Both the position numbers and the translations under genes were made by a program. This document shows positions 52,050 to 64,000 of a stretch of DNA of 64,000 nt, one piece after another. Below the pieces are notes generated by a model. The model made no database searches. It was given only the letters and a program-made list of their open reading frames with translations, and had not been told where the DNA came from. The stretch is from Octopus bimaculoides (taxonomy: Eukaryota): NCBI RefSeq assembly GCF_001194135.2, contig NC_068986.1, positions 5,973,955 through 6,037,954 on the forward strand. The letters run 5' to 3'. The number at the start of each line of letters is the position of its first letter. The stretch's first letter is position 1.

Positions 52050-52540
52050 GGTATATAGGTATAAAATCTGGAAAGGTAACAGTGACGGGATAGGTGGCAT
52101 GGACATAGTTCTTGCAGAGAAATGGGTGGATAAGGACACAGAGGTAGCCAGAATGGGTGATTGGGTGCTTAAGCTTAGGCTAGTCTTACAGAACAGTATA
52201 GTGACAATTATCTCTGCCTATGCCCCGCTCAAGTGGGTCTACCAAATGAATAGAAGGACCGTTTTTATGACATTCTTCTTCAGGCTACCTCAAAGACGAG
52301 TGACAATGATCTCCTCTTCATAGCTGGGGATTTCAATGGGCATGTCGGACAGCAGCCCGATATCTTCCATAGTAAGGCATGGATTTGGCTCCCAAAATGA
52401 AGAGGGAACAAGGCTACTGGAGTTCTGTGATGCAAAGAACCTTTTGATTAGAAACACAAACTTCAGGAAGTCAACCACCCGCCTGATAACCTACCAATCA
52501 GGTGTTTGTGGTAACCAGATTGATTACATTCTCACCAAAC
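52050..52540 (+). mobile_element. RTE-clade LINE fragment, APE endonuclease
   Basis: IVLAEKWVD...IISAYAP...IAGDFNGHVG...GFGSQNEEGTRLLEFC...QIDYIL, with frameshifts. Confidence 0.9.
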
Positions 52541-55009
52541 AACCATTACACTCTCAGAGTGGTTGGTGTTAGGAAGGGCATCCTTTATTTGAAAGACAGA
52601 GTTGGCAACAAGAACATCATCATTGCTTAATATCCACTTTTCTATGCTTGCATGGATCAGACGAATTTGGAATTTGTGGAGGTAGTTTTTCTTCAGGTGG
52701 ATAGTATTCCTGTCATCAACTCTCACCTGGTTCCAAGCAAGGTGATATTTCCCCAAGATCAGATGTTTTTCATGGAACTACTGGAAACAAACAACACTGC
52801 TTGTATGACATTGATGTTCATTTAAAATCATCACATGATGTCAAAACAAAGGCACACAATGGACTTCTTTCAGATTCCATCTACCAAATCCATCCACATG
52901 GCTTTGGTTGGTCCAGGGCTGTAATAGAAGACACCTGCATGAGGTGCCTCACAGGGGACTGAACATGGTTGAGAAGCAAGTTTCTTAGCTGCACCACTAC
53001 ATCAATACCTATTCCATAAATTCCTATTTCAAATAAGTCTCTCTCTCCAAATGCATACTTGCTTGAAAAAATGGCTGTTAAATAAATGAACAGATGAAGG
53101 ATCTGGAAGCTTAAGAAATCATGCGAAGAAATAATATTATTAAAAGGCTAATTCAACTTTCCCTTTCTTTTATTAAAGAGTGATGTGTATGAGTCGAAAA
53201 TTTGGCTGCTATTTCAAGCAGATTGAGTGACCATATACCTGTGCCCTTGTTGGCTCAGGTGTAATCTCAACTTGTACATGAATATTTGTATCAAGTGGTG
53301 AATTGATAGAGTGTCAGGTGAAATATCTTCTGATGTTCCAGTTTCCTGCATTCCAAGTTCAAATCCTGCTGAGATCGACTTTGCCTTTCACCTTTTTATG
53401 GGTTGAATGTGTAATAAAATAAAAGGGAGAAAATGTGTAGTGCTTAAGTGGGCCATACATGGCATCAAAGGCCATTAATTCGAGAACTTACTTTTTTCCT
53501 GAAAATATTTGAACCATTGCTGTCTTTGTGATGAGGTATGTGTGGGGCTGCCCCCCCCCCCCAAATTCCCTGGGTTTTCAGTTGCCCAGTCCATGTAAGT
53601 AAATAAAACTTGAGAGATACTGAATAATTTATATCTACTATTTTCATCTATCATGACATCTCATTGTCTAATAATACTGAGCTGATAACTTTCCCCCATA
53701 GATATAGCTTCGAGAAGGGCTCTACTGAACTAATTTGCTCTATATCACATGAATACCTCAATGGCCAAATAGGTTAGAGAGGAACTACTACATGCTAGAT
53801 ATAGCAGTTAAATCCCCCAAGCATTTTGAAAATACATGAGCTGAGCTGACGTAATGTATTCATAAGTACTGTTGGAAAGGCTGGATGGTCCTGGTTGGAA
53901 AACATTTGATCATAACTCTGGTCAATCAGGGCTGACCGTAGAAGTAATCAATAACTCTAATGTACAGATTATTGATTTAGTACTATGTTAGTCATTATCA
54001 ATCACCACCCTATGAGCAAGAGCTTTCTAGCTGTGACCATCCTATGTTATTTTCAAGTGAAATGAGGATGCGTTGGCTAATGCACCCTTTCCTTTCTATT
54101 TCAAGCAGATTGAGTGACAATATAGATATTCCCTTGTTGGCTCAGGTGTAATCTCACCTTAATTGAAATATAATTTTATACATGAATATTTTTATCAAGG
54201 GGTAAAATGATAGAGCACCAGATGCAATACTTTGTGGTGTTTGTTTCAGTTTTCCTTCATTCCGAGTTCAAATCCTGCTGAGATCAACTTTGCCCTTCAT
54301 CTTTTATGGGTTGAGTGTGTAGTGAAATAAAGTAACAGTCTTGTATTGAGAATTAGTACTACGCTCTCTTTGTGAAAGAAATTTGCTGTAGTCAGACACA
54401 GAGAGGAGTGGGTTCCATCAGGTGCTCTATGTCACAATCTTATGACAGAGTTGTAGGGGGTACAGGAGACAACTCATGGTGGAGTTCTAGAGCTACAGGG
54501 GACATGAAAAGGTAAATAGTTGCATAGAAGAGTAATTTTAATTCATGTTGGTAGTGAATTGTAACCAAAGAAATTCTAACATAACTTGATAGCTTCTAGT
54601 TCAATAGTTTATAAGTTATCTCCCTTTATTATAACATCCTGTTCAAATGCAATGTTTGTCCATAAATAAAATACAGTACCAAAACCCACTTGAATACTGC
54701 AATTCTTCAATAGTAACTAATAAACTTGACTAATACCTTTTTCCTAAATGTAGTAAGTATGTACTTTAAGGATCGCTCTTGAATGGAATAATGGTTTAAC
54801 CATCTAACATTTAGATTACTGTCTAATGCAATGCGTATTTACTCACATCGTTTTGAATTAGTTATGCATTATGCAATCAATGATGTGATTGTTTATTTTT
54901 AGAATGACAAGCTGGTAGGGAAACTTGGCTATTATTTTTCTCAGTTCAAGCAACAATGTAGACGTTTGACTTATTTTCGTCAGTCTAACCTTGGTTGGTT
55001 CATCTAAAT

Positions 55010-55243
55010 CAGTGGTGGTTCCCGAAGCGGGCGGTACTGGCCCCACTGTCGGCAATGGAAAGATCAAAAAGGGTGTTGAGGAAAAGTGGGGCAATAATAG
55101 AGTGGCAAACAATAATGGGTTAATTAGGTTAAGTTTTATTTGTGAAGAAAGTGGTCTATGTTTGTGGTGCTGAGTGGGGGGGGGGAAGGAATGTGGCTCG
55201 AGTGTCAAGAGGGTGGCAGCCTGATAAAGTTTGGGAACTATTG
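55010..55243. mobile_element. hAT (Charlie-like) MITE
   Basis: Ends CAGTGGTGGTTCCCGAA / TTTGGGAACTATTG; 8-bp TSD ATCTAAAT. Confidence 0.85.
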
Positions 55244-57167
55244 ATCTAAATGGTAGGCATGTTGCACAAATGTGTAACTTCCTGTTCCACTGGATGATCA
55301 GAAGAGCAGATCCTGTTATAGTAATGGTAGCAATAAAAAAAAAAACAAAAAAAAAAAAACAGGGAAGAACAGAGTTGCCAAGGACAATTGGCTGTAGCAT
55401 GGTATTGAGTAAATCATTTTTAATTAGCTTTAATTGCTTTTAGATACAGTCTAGAATGCTAATGTGTGTACCAATATCAATGCTCCAGTTACTGGAACAG
55501 TATTCAACCATTGGTCAAACTTGATCTTTGTAATGTAAGCAATATGTATATATCATCAACAACCACTAAACATTCGTTTTCCATGCTGGCCTGGGTTGGA
55601 CAGCTTGACAGTCTGTTTTGGCTTGGTTTCTACAGCTGGATAAAAAATTTGAAGAACCAAAATGTTCAGTGAAATGGGATGAGTGAGAAGAGTTATTAGA
55701 GTGTACACTAAAATGATTTGCTGAATTTGTCACGAGTTTAAATCCTTTTGAGGTAAACTTAGCCTTCTATTCTTTTGGGAGTTAAAAGCATAAAGCACTA
55801 GAACAAGGTGGTAGACTGGTGCAATTATCAGAGTCTTGTAATACTAATTCTTTTAGTTTTAAGTTCTTAGATGGTTATAATTCATTACTCTGCTTAACAC
55901 TGGGTGCTGGGTGCATTTAACTGAGTTCATTGTGTTGCAAATGATTAAGCCAAGTTTCTAGTTTGAGGTTAACTTCCTCCTACTTAAATTGGAGGTCCTG
56001 AAGAAAAAAAAAATGGGTAATGGGCACTATTCTTACCTCTCTTAAGTGGCTGAAAAAAAAGGAAAGAGTGTCTTGATGGAGGAAATATTGAGGTAAGCAA
56101 GTATGATGGATATTTGAAGTACCAAAATGTCTGGTGCAGAAGGATGATGTGAAGTGGGTTGTTCTGAATAAGGAGATGCTGAGATGGTTTAATAACATGG
56201 ATAGCCTAGAAATAATTCAGTAGAAAAGAAGACTAGATGTTAGCAGAATGCTAATTTGATATAGGCTCTACTCAGCCTTACATTTTCTATGTTAAACTGT
56301 GGACCAAGTTCATTATCATGTTTTTTTATCAGCAGAGAAAGCAATTATAAATACTAGAGATTTTAGTTGCAGAGTAAATACATTGCCTTCTCTGCTACTA
56401 TTCCTTGGAAGTTTATAGAGATAGAGACCCCAGGTAGCTCCTTCATTGGGTCCTACATTTTCCTGGATGGATTCCCAAGTGTGGCCAACTGAGGTTATGG
56501 ATATTACTCAACCAATTCATTCTTGGTCTATCTCTAGGTCTCCTGTTGTAATAAGAATATAGTATAATCTTGCAATATAATATAACAAATGGAAAAGTTT
56601 TGATTAACTAAAATTATCTATGCAGTTATAGATAAAATTTCTCTACATGATAGATAACCCCAATAACATCAAGTAATTTTTGGAATTTTCTGCTAAATGT
56701 AGAAAATGCAGTATGGAAGTGGATCAAGGTAATTAAAACCATCTGGCAAACGAAGTAGACATATTTGAGTCTTATCAAACTTCCACACTCATTTGGGAAA
56801 ATTATATAAATAAAATCAAACTACTAAAGAATAGTACTAATTTATTCACATTTTAGTACATTTTGGCAGAAAGTTATTCATTAGTTAAAAAGAAAAAAAA
56901 ACATGAATTACTAGTTCATTAGTTCTGTGGTTTTGTGACTATTTTCCATCTTTTAGTCCAAAAGACATCCTGTACAGAATATTTGCAGACAGTAAACCAC
57001 CAGAAGCCATGAGGGCCATTGAGAAATAGTACATAAATCGATCTCGAGTGCCACGCTTTTGCCAAACTAACAATCCATCATCGCGCTACAAAACAGAATA
57101 AGAAAACAAAATTAGAATAAAGTAAGGTCAGTAATCCAACCAAAGAATAACCACACACACACACATT

Positions 57168-57384
57168 CAAGGTGTTCATAAATTACTGTTGCAGTGTGAA
57201 AAATATAGGGGAGAGAGAGAGAGAGAGAGAGAACTAAGGATAACACAGCAGAGCTTAATAGCAAACAGTTTTATTAGAAATATCAGAACACTTCCATGTG
57301 AACACCATTGGTTGCACACAAAACATCCAGATGATACAATACAATAAATTGTGGAAGTTGTAGAGATAATTTACGAACACCTTG
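57168..57384. mobile_element. Tc1/mariner-type MITE
   Basis: TIRs CAAGGTGTTCATAAATTA / TAATTTACGAACACCTTG, with TA on the right flank. Confidence 0.75.
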
Positions 57385-57662
57385 TATGTGAGTACATGTG
57401 TGTGTGTGCACATATATATATATCATCATCATCGTTTAACGTCCGCTTTCCATGCTAGCATGGGTTGGACGATTTGACTGAGGACTAGTGAAACCAGATG
57501 GCTACACCAGGCTCCAATCTGATTTGGCAGAGTTTCTACAGCTGGATGCCCTTCCTAATGCCAACCACTCAATATATATATATATATACACACTCAATGT
57601 TTTTAAAGATCATTAACTTAATATTCAAATGTCTTTGATTACACAGACCAATTTCATCTTGG

Positions 57663-57697
<35 letters not shown>

Positions 57698-58713
57698 CAT
57701 TTAACCTACACAGGCTATAGACTACAGTCAATGGACATAGGAGTTGTAATTTAAAAATAACCCAATATTATTTCTTACCAAATTCCATTCTATTTCCAAG
57801 CATTCCAGATTTAAGAGATAATTTACGTTAAATCAAGCAATGGCATAAATATCTTTTTAAATGTTCTGTGTCATATTACAGAGTTTATGACTGTCACAAA
57901 TACAAAACGATAAACATGAAAATCTACAACATTTAACACTCTTGTGAAAGTATCCACTCTCTCATCCCTTCCAATGACCCACTGTTTGTATTCTCTCCGA
58001 TACTCACCTCCTTGTACCTTGACAGTTTGCTCTAGGACCCACTCCATCACTATCTTCCTTTAATCTTCTTCAGCCATGTATCTCCCCTATAACAAGACAC
58101 CAGTGCTTGTCTCTCTATCATACTTTAGCCTCTCAACACCTGGCATCAAGCCACCCACTTTCACATTCCCTTCTCAAATACACCCCTCTTAGTAAGTGAG
58201 GGTTTTTTTTTAATACCTTTTTCCCTGATATGCCTTGCAAGTTACTTGGCAAGCTCACTAGGGCCAGTGGCAGGAAAGAAAGTACCCAATATTTTATAAA
58301 GTGGTTGGTGTTAAGAAAGACATATAGCTGTAGGTACCAAGCCAAAGCTGACATTGGAGTTCAAATACAGTCTTGTTGCTTTCTGGATATCTATCAAACT
58401 ATCTAACTCATGCTAACATGGCAAATGGATGTTAAATGATGATGAAAGACGTGTGTACTCATCTAGACCCTTAACAAGAATGTTTTCAATTTAATTTTAT
58501 TAACACCATATTGAGTGTATCTACAAAAATGCATTCCATTTAAATACTGAACAAGCTAGAATGCTAAAATATTAAATGGCTAATGAGTAGCTGATACTTA
58601 CAAGGAAAAGAGTTTGAAGGTCTTGTACTTTCTTGTAAATACCAGTGTTTGGATATACTCCACTGGTAATCTTAGTTCCAAGTGGTGTTTTCAAGCTATT
58701 GTACAGGCACTAG

Positions 58714-58757
<44 letters not shown>

Positions 58758-59154
58758 AATTTAGAAATGAAATACAACTTTGAAGTTAGCAAAGTAATAG
58801 GGAAAATAAGAAACAAAAAATATATTTCTCTAGTTTATTTAACATGCATTTGAGCAGCATTTCATTGACCTTTGGATTTTGAGTTCAGATTCTACTGAGG
58901 TCCCAGTTGATCAACTTAAACTTCCTCCCAAATTGCTGGCCTTGTGCCAAAATTGGAAATCAATATTAACCCTTTCACATTTAAATCAGCTATATCCAGC
59001 CCAAATGTTTCATCAATTTTATGTTCAAATCAGCCAGATCTGGCCTCTCACACCTATTGTATGAAGTCATTCTAAAAATAAACAATCAGATCACTAAAAC
59101 ATCAATTGCTACAAGATAATGCATGATTAATTTAAAACAACATGAAGAAATATG

Positions 59155-59218
<64 letters not shown>

Positions 59219-59527
59219 NNNNNNNNNNNNNNNNNNNNNNNNNNNNNNNNNNNNNNNNNNNNNNNNNNNNNNNNNNNNNNNNNNNNNNNNNNNNNNNNNN
59301 NNNNNNNNNNNNNNNNNNNNNNNNNNNNNNNNNNNNNNNNNNNNNNNNNNNNNNNNNNNNNNNNNNNNNNNNNNNNNNNNNNNNNNNNNNNNNNNNNNNN
59401 NNNNNNNNNNNNNNNNNNNNNNNNNNNNNNNNNNNNNNNNNNNNNNNNNNNNNNNNNNNNNNNNNNNNNNNNNNNNNNNNNNNNNNNNNNNNNNNNNNNN
59501 NNNNNNNNNNNNNNNNNNNNNNNNNNN

Positions 59528-59598
59528 GAACCGCTAAGTTACGGGGACGTAAACACACCACCATCGGTTGTCAAGCGATGTTAGGGGGACAAACACAG

Positions 59599-59641
<43 letters not shown>

Positions 59642-59808
59642 TACGACAGGCATCTTTCAGTTTCCGTCTACCAAATCCACTCACAAGGCTTTATTCGGCC
59701 TGAGGCTATAGTAGAAGACACTTGCTCAAGGTGCCACGCAGTGGGACTGAACCCGGAACCATGTGGTTGGTAAGCAAGCTACTTACCACACACCCACTCC
59801 TGCGCCTA
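59528..59808 (-). mobile_element. tRNA-derived SINE, family C, with internal (TA)n
   Basis: GGCGCAGGAGTGGGTGTGTGGTAAGTAGC...GGTTCAGTCCC head. Related copies at about 25415-25850, 38385-38790, 42660-42890, 43300-43600 and 52850-53000. Confidence 0.88.
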
Positions 59809-62118
59809 TGCTTACAATATCCAACTAAATTTGTTCACAGACTGTAGTCAACACCAATCAACTATTTCTAGATCTTTTTCAACCACATATTTCAGTTAAA
59901 ATATAGCTTCTTGTATTTTACAATGATCAAATCATTAGTGATCAAAAAGATAAAATACTCTTTTTTTCCCATGGCTACTCTAGCAGATATGAAGATCAGC
60001 CGAATAGTATTTAATCAAATTTACATGTCAAATTAGATAACACCTTCTTAATTTATTGGTTGCTTTCTTTTACAAGCGATAGCGTCATTGCGTTGCTAAT
60101 GGAACAAGGAAATACACAGATTGTCACACCTATTTAAAGCAGAAAATTTAAGCCTAAACAATAATTGTCTCCCTTGAAAAGTAAACCGAATTAAATGAAT
60201 TTGACTTTGCCCACTTCTACTGCACAGGAGGTCAGGATTTTCTGACTAAAGAAGTTCAAAAAAGAACAGCATGGAAATGTGCTACAGAAAAGATATTTTA
60301 GTCAATAATTTTGGGTGATTACTAAATAAACTTCTAAATAAATGACCTTCGGCCCTTCAATTATGGCATAAGGATTTCCCCCACTTTACTGCGATTAAGA
60401 AAGGAAACGCTAGCCTTGTCTCAATAGGATTGCATTAGTGACAATCCTTCATATTACGGTATAGAAATAATATTTTATAAATATAAAATATATATTTAAC
60501 ATTGATAGTATTGTTTGATAGAAATGTAGTAGTGGCTCTACTAGATTATTTTAAAGACGGTTTCATCGCCCTATACAAGAATTTAGTGGAGTCACCACCA
60601 ATCTACTTAGAAATAAAATATAATTAAGTATGCACATTTGAAATATTCATTAGAAATTTAAGAACATTCGGATTTGTTGACATTATTTTTCTTTGTATTT
60701 TCTGTTGAGTTTTACGGTCGTATTATGGGGGACTGCCGTTTTAATTTATGAACGTAACATTTCCATCCTGAAACAAACGGCATTAATTAGCATCATTAAG
60801 AAATATTTGAAGAAAACACATAAGATAAATAGTCAGATAAGATGGAGGGTAAAAAGCTTTCGAAAAGAGGGATGAACTATTCACAGTAAATATTTTTATA
60901 TGCTTTAACTAGAAGACCTGTCAAATAATTAAGTTAGTGGTGAGTTAATTGAGTTGTGCATAACAGTTTCTTCAACTAATGACTTCCTTCCGGGGAATAA
61001 TTTTGTGATGTGAATAAAAGACATTCACTTGGACGAAAAGTAAATCTTGCTAAACAGGTATGTCAATGTCGAAAGATATGGTTAAACAGGAAGACCTTCC
61101 AAATAAACTTAATAAATAAATAAAAGGCGGAGAAACGATTATGTATGTAATCGTGTCACAAGAAGAAAATATTTAATAATTCCCTATTTACTTAATTACT
61201 TCATTTTTCCAGTGATTAAATCTGAAGATCGAAGTGCACATTTTATTTCAATGCCAACCAAGGTCGTCCTGTCCGCTACGCTGACGTTTATAATCAAAGT
61301 TGTCTTGCACGTAACCCTCTATTTTTTCTTTCAGAGACAAACATGTATCCAGTATTACACTATTTAGTGTGCCTTTCCCCCTTTCGAACAGTAGGGGGCC
61401 AATTTAGGTAGATTTCTCTATTATTTTCGAGCTGGTCAAACAATCACGTAGAGATTGGCTCGTGTTGACTTTAAGGCATTACACTTTCCTATTAACTTCA
61501 AATTATCTAAAACGTCTCTGAATATTTTGAGCAACTGTAGGTTTACATCAATAAATATAAATTTCATTATTACATATATCTACACAGATAAAAATCACAT
61601 ATATTTATATTATAATTACCTTTGCCAGTCTCATTTTTGCTGCTAGATGTTGATAACTTGAAGCGGACACAGAGCTAGGCTAATCACGCATGCGTAGTTT
61701 AGTAATACGTCCGGTATACATCAACCCATTCATTCTCTAACACATATCTATCTATCTATCTATCTATCTACCTACGGATATGTTGACACATCGGCTCCGA
61801 AAGTAATCTTTATTCTTGACCTTTTATTGCCCACATATTGTTATAATTTTTGTATATAAGGTGTGTGAAGCACCCAACTTTCTTTTTATTGTGTTTTCAA
61901 GGTAGGAATTGGCCCTTAGGGACAGTTTCAACCTTTTTAAAATTATATATTTTCTTCCCGACGTTGAAAAATGTCGAGAAATGTTGTAGAACGCTGGACG
62001 GAATCTTCCATGAACCAACATTTTCCTAGACTTGAAACGCTAGGAGAACAAAAAAAGAACTCATGCACGCGCACACGCACCAAAACAGCAACAGGCTTTA
62101 GCGAACGCTGTCAGCGTC

Positions 62119-63738
62119 ATGGATACTGTTAACAGCCCTGTCACCACCACCAACACTATCACTCCTACCCCCGCCACCACCAATGCCAGCAACAACAACA
62201 ACGACAACAACAACAAAAACTTTGCAGACATGCTTAAACAAAAAAAAAGAAATTCTACCTTTAACAAACAAAGAACTCATAGAGACCAGGTCCCTTTTTT
62301 TCTACGTCCGGACAAAATTTAATATTGCATACACCAAAAGAAGTGAGAGAAGACGTAGAAAAAAGAAGAATTATTTACAAAATAATAAGAAAAAGCAAAA
62401 AATTAACAGAACCAATTCCAAAAATAGACATTGAGAAATGTGCCAAAAAAAATTATGAAACTTAAACAGTATATAAACTGGGGTTCGCAATATAATACGG
62501 TGCAATTTCGGTTTAATAATGAAGAAGAGGCGAAAATACATAGTATGGAAGCCTTACAAAATGATGAACTCATCATGGTCCCATACTACATTGGACAGAG
62601 AGTAAGTAAAATTAAAATAAATAATGTCCCTCCGGAAATTGAGTCGAAGTGGATTACTTCGGCGATATGTTTTCATTTGAAAACAATCAACGTTTTAGAA
62701 ACCACTGTTGTCCATAATGACAGTTGGACCGGAAAATCCATTGAAATCTTGATCCAGATGGATCAAGATTCACTGGAAAAATTGCCGAATGTGATTCACT
62801 TGGAAAATGGACAAAGCCTCTATGTGGTGGCGGAGGGTAAAAAAACCGCGTTGCTACCTCTGTGGCAGCCAAGAGCATTTAATATCAAAGTGCGTTTTGG
62901 CACAAAAAAAAAGAAACAAGAACAGTTACAACCAAAAGAAAAAATAAATAAAAAACAACCTTTGCTACCAACACCACCAAACCCACGAGTGATCCGAGAA
63001 GTGTATAAAAAAAATAGAATCCCATCAACAACATATCATCAACAAAGTAAACCAAACGACATCACCATCAACACCACCACAATTAACTCCAACACCGAAA
63101 CCAATTAGGGAAACAACACCACCACCAACATCAAAAGATAGACCAACACCAATACCAAGAACAACAAGGAAGAAAACAAACACCAACGAAGAAAAAACAA
63201 ATGCAAAACCTAAATCCCCAACAACACACACACCACAATACAGGCATAGAACCTGATGCCTTGCCCTTACCCCCTTCTGATCTGTCGGACTTTTCATCAA
63301 ACGATGACAGTCCGGTGGAATGGCAGATAGCCGCAGGGGGTAAGAGAAAAAGATTAAAAAAGACAAAACCAAACACAAGCAAAGCAGGGAGGTACACAAC
63401 CCCTGAAAGCCCCTTACACAACCAAACCAACACCAACATCATAAAAACGCATACAATGCTCTCGGCCATAAACACGAAAGACATAAAATTAATGGATTAT
63501 ATTGCATCTCACACAAACATGTGAAGATGACCTGAAAACAAACAATCACCCAAGAACAACACCACCAGAACATATAAAAATATTACATTTGACACCAACA
63601 CAGCACCACACACTCAAATCCCTCTATCCAAATGCGGTAGGGGGTTTCCAAAAATACCTTTCCAAAAAATTGTATAAAGACTTACTCCAAGACACTTCTA
63701 AGGAGGAACAGTGTAAAACTGTCGAAATGAGTAAGTAA
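62119..63738 (+). pseudogene. LINE ORF1 (gag-like, zinc knuckle), frameshifted
   Basis: KNFADMLK motif; ...LYVVAEGKK then, removing one A from an A7 run, PRCYLCGSQEHLISKC (C-X2-C-X4-H-X4-C at 62852-62893). Low-complexity T/N/P tail; several frame breaks. Confidence 0.75.
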
Positions 63739-63775
63739 CCTTTTCTCTCGTCTCTTTACGCTTTTCGACTAAATT

Positions 63776-64000
63776 ATGCTTCAAATAGGTTGTGTAAATG
63801 TATGTGGCTTGGCATCAGCTTGGAAGCAAGGATATCTTCTAAATGACATCAGGTCACAGAACATAGAAATAATAGCTATCAGTGAAACCAGACTCAGTAA
63901 CCCGCGGGCCCTCAAGTCCATGTTTGGCGGACAATTCGACATTTATTTTTCTCCCTGTCTGCCAAACATGGGTGGTGGTGGTACCGTGGTGCTTTTTCGG
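63776..64000 (+). CDS. LINE ORF2 N-terminus, apurinic-like endonuclease (partial, open to window end)
   Basis: MLQIGCVNVCGLASAWKQGYLLNDIRSQNIEIIAISETRL...FDIYFSP...GGGGTVVLFR: conserved N, E-T and GG motifs of APE domains. Confidence 0.85.
   Translation, partial: MLQIGCVNVCGLASAWKQGYLLNDIRSQNIEIIAISETRLSNPRALKSMFGGQFDIYFSPCLPNMGGGGTVVLFR

Larger units (their letters stand above)
61970..64000 (+). mobile_element. L1/Tx1-type non-LTR retrotransposon, 5' part (continues past window)
   Basis: Gag-like ORF1 with a CCHC knuckle, followed 37 nt later by an APE endonuclease ORF2 start. The 5' boundary is uncertain. Confidence 0.85.

Noticed and set aside
54955-54990. Minus-strand CTGACGA...AAACGTC as a hammerhead
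   Set aside because: No GAAA, no stem II, and stem I does not pair.
57478-57500. CTGAGGA...GAAAC in family D elements (also about 28415-28435) as a hammerhead
   Set aside because: No pairing stem II and no NUH plus stem I arrangement.
57960-58090. Minus-strand GAG|GTGAGT donor with purine-rich upstream sequence
   Set aside because: No acceptor or clean frame; more like a decayed LINE 3' region.

Overview
Eukaryotic, AT-rich, repeat-dense draft genomic DNA with five N gaps. The SINE/MITE families look like those of Octopus (coleoid cephalopod); this is recognition from memory, not a database search. There are no prokaryotic features, CRISPR arrays, rRNA or functional tRNA, and almost all ORFs in the supplied track are microsatellite or gap artefacts. 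(1) The 3' end of an unidentified + strand host gene has four tiny exons (42, 16, 35 and 42 nt) over about 33 kb. They splice in frame to KMLENPKQPPAVVE-VLDKI-DELQRKLVNWQN-EFVVQLLKQASTL*, and possible alternative distal exons follow. (2) Transposon content includes tRNA-derived SINEs, RTE LINE fragments, hAT, piggyBac and Tc1-type MITEs, a Penelope-like (GIY-YIG) fragment and the 5' part of an L1/Tx1-type LINE. (3) The most striking feature is five loci carrying minimal type I hammerhead ribozyme (HHR) motifs, four of them with palindromic stem III. Three are fold-back elements whose inversion junction sits at the 5' edge of the ribozyme. One has an apparently intact HHR in the loop of a 155-bp hairpin, sense to the host gene. 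One is a 388-bp palindrome with an HHR motif on each strand. The Penelope fragment ends in a tRNA-like Pol III module followed by an HHR remnant.
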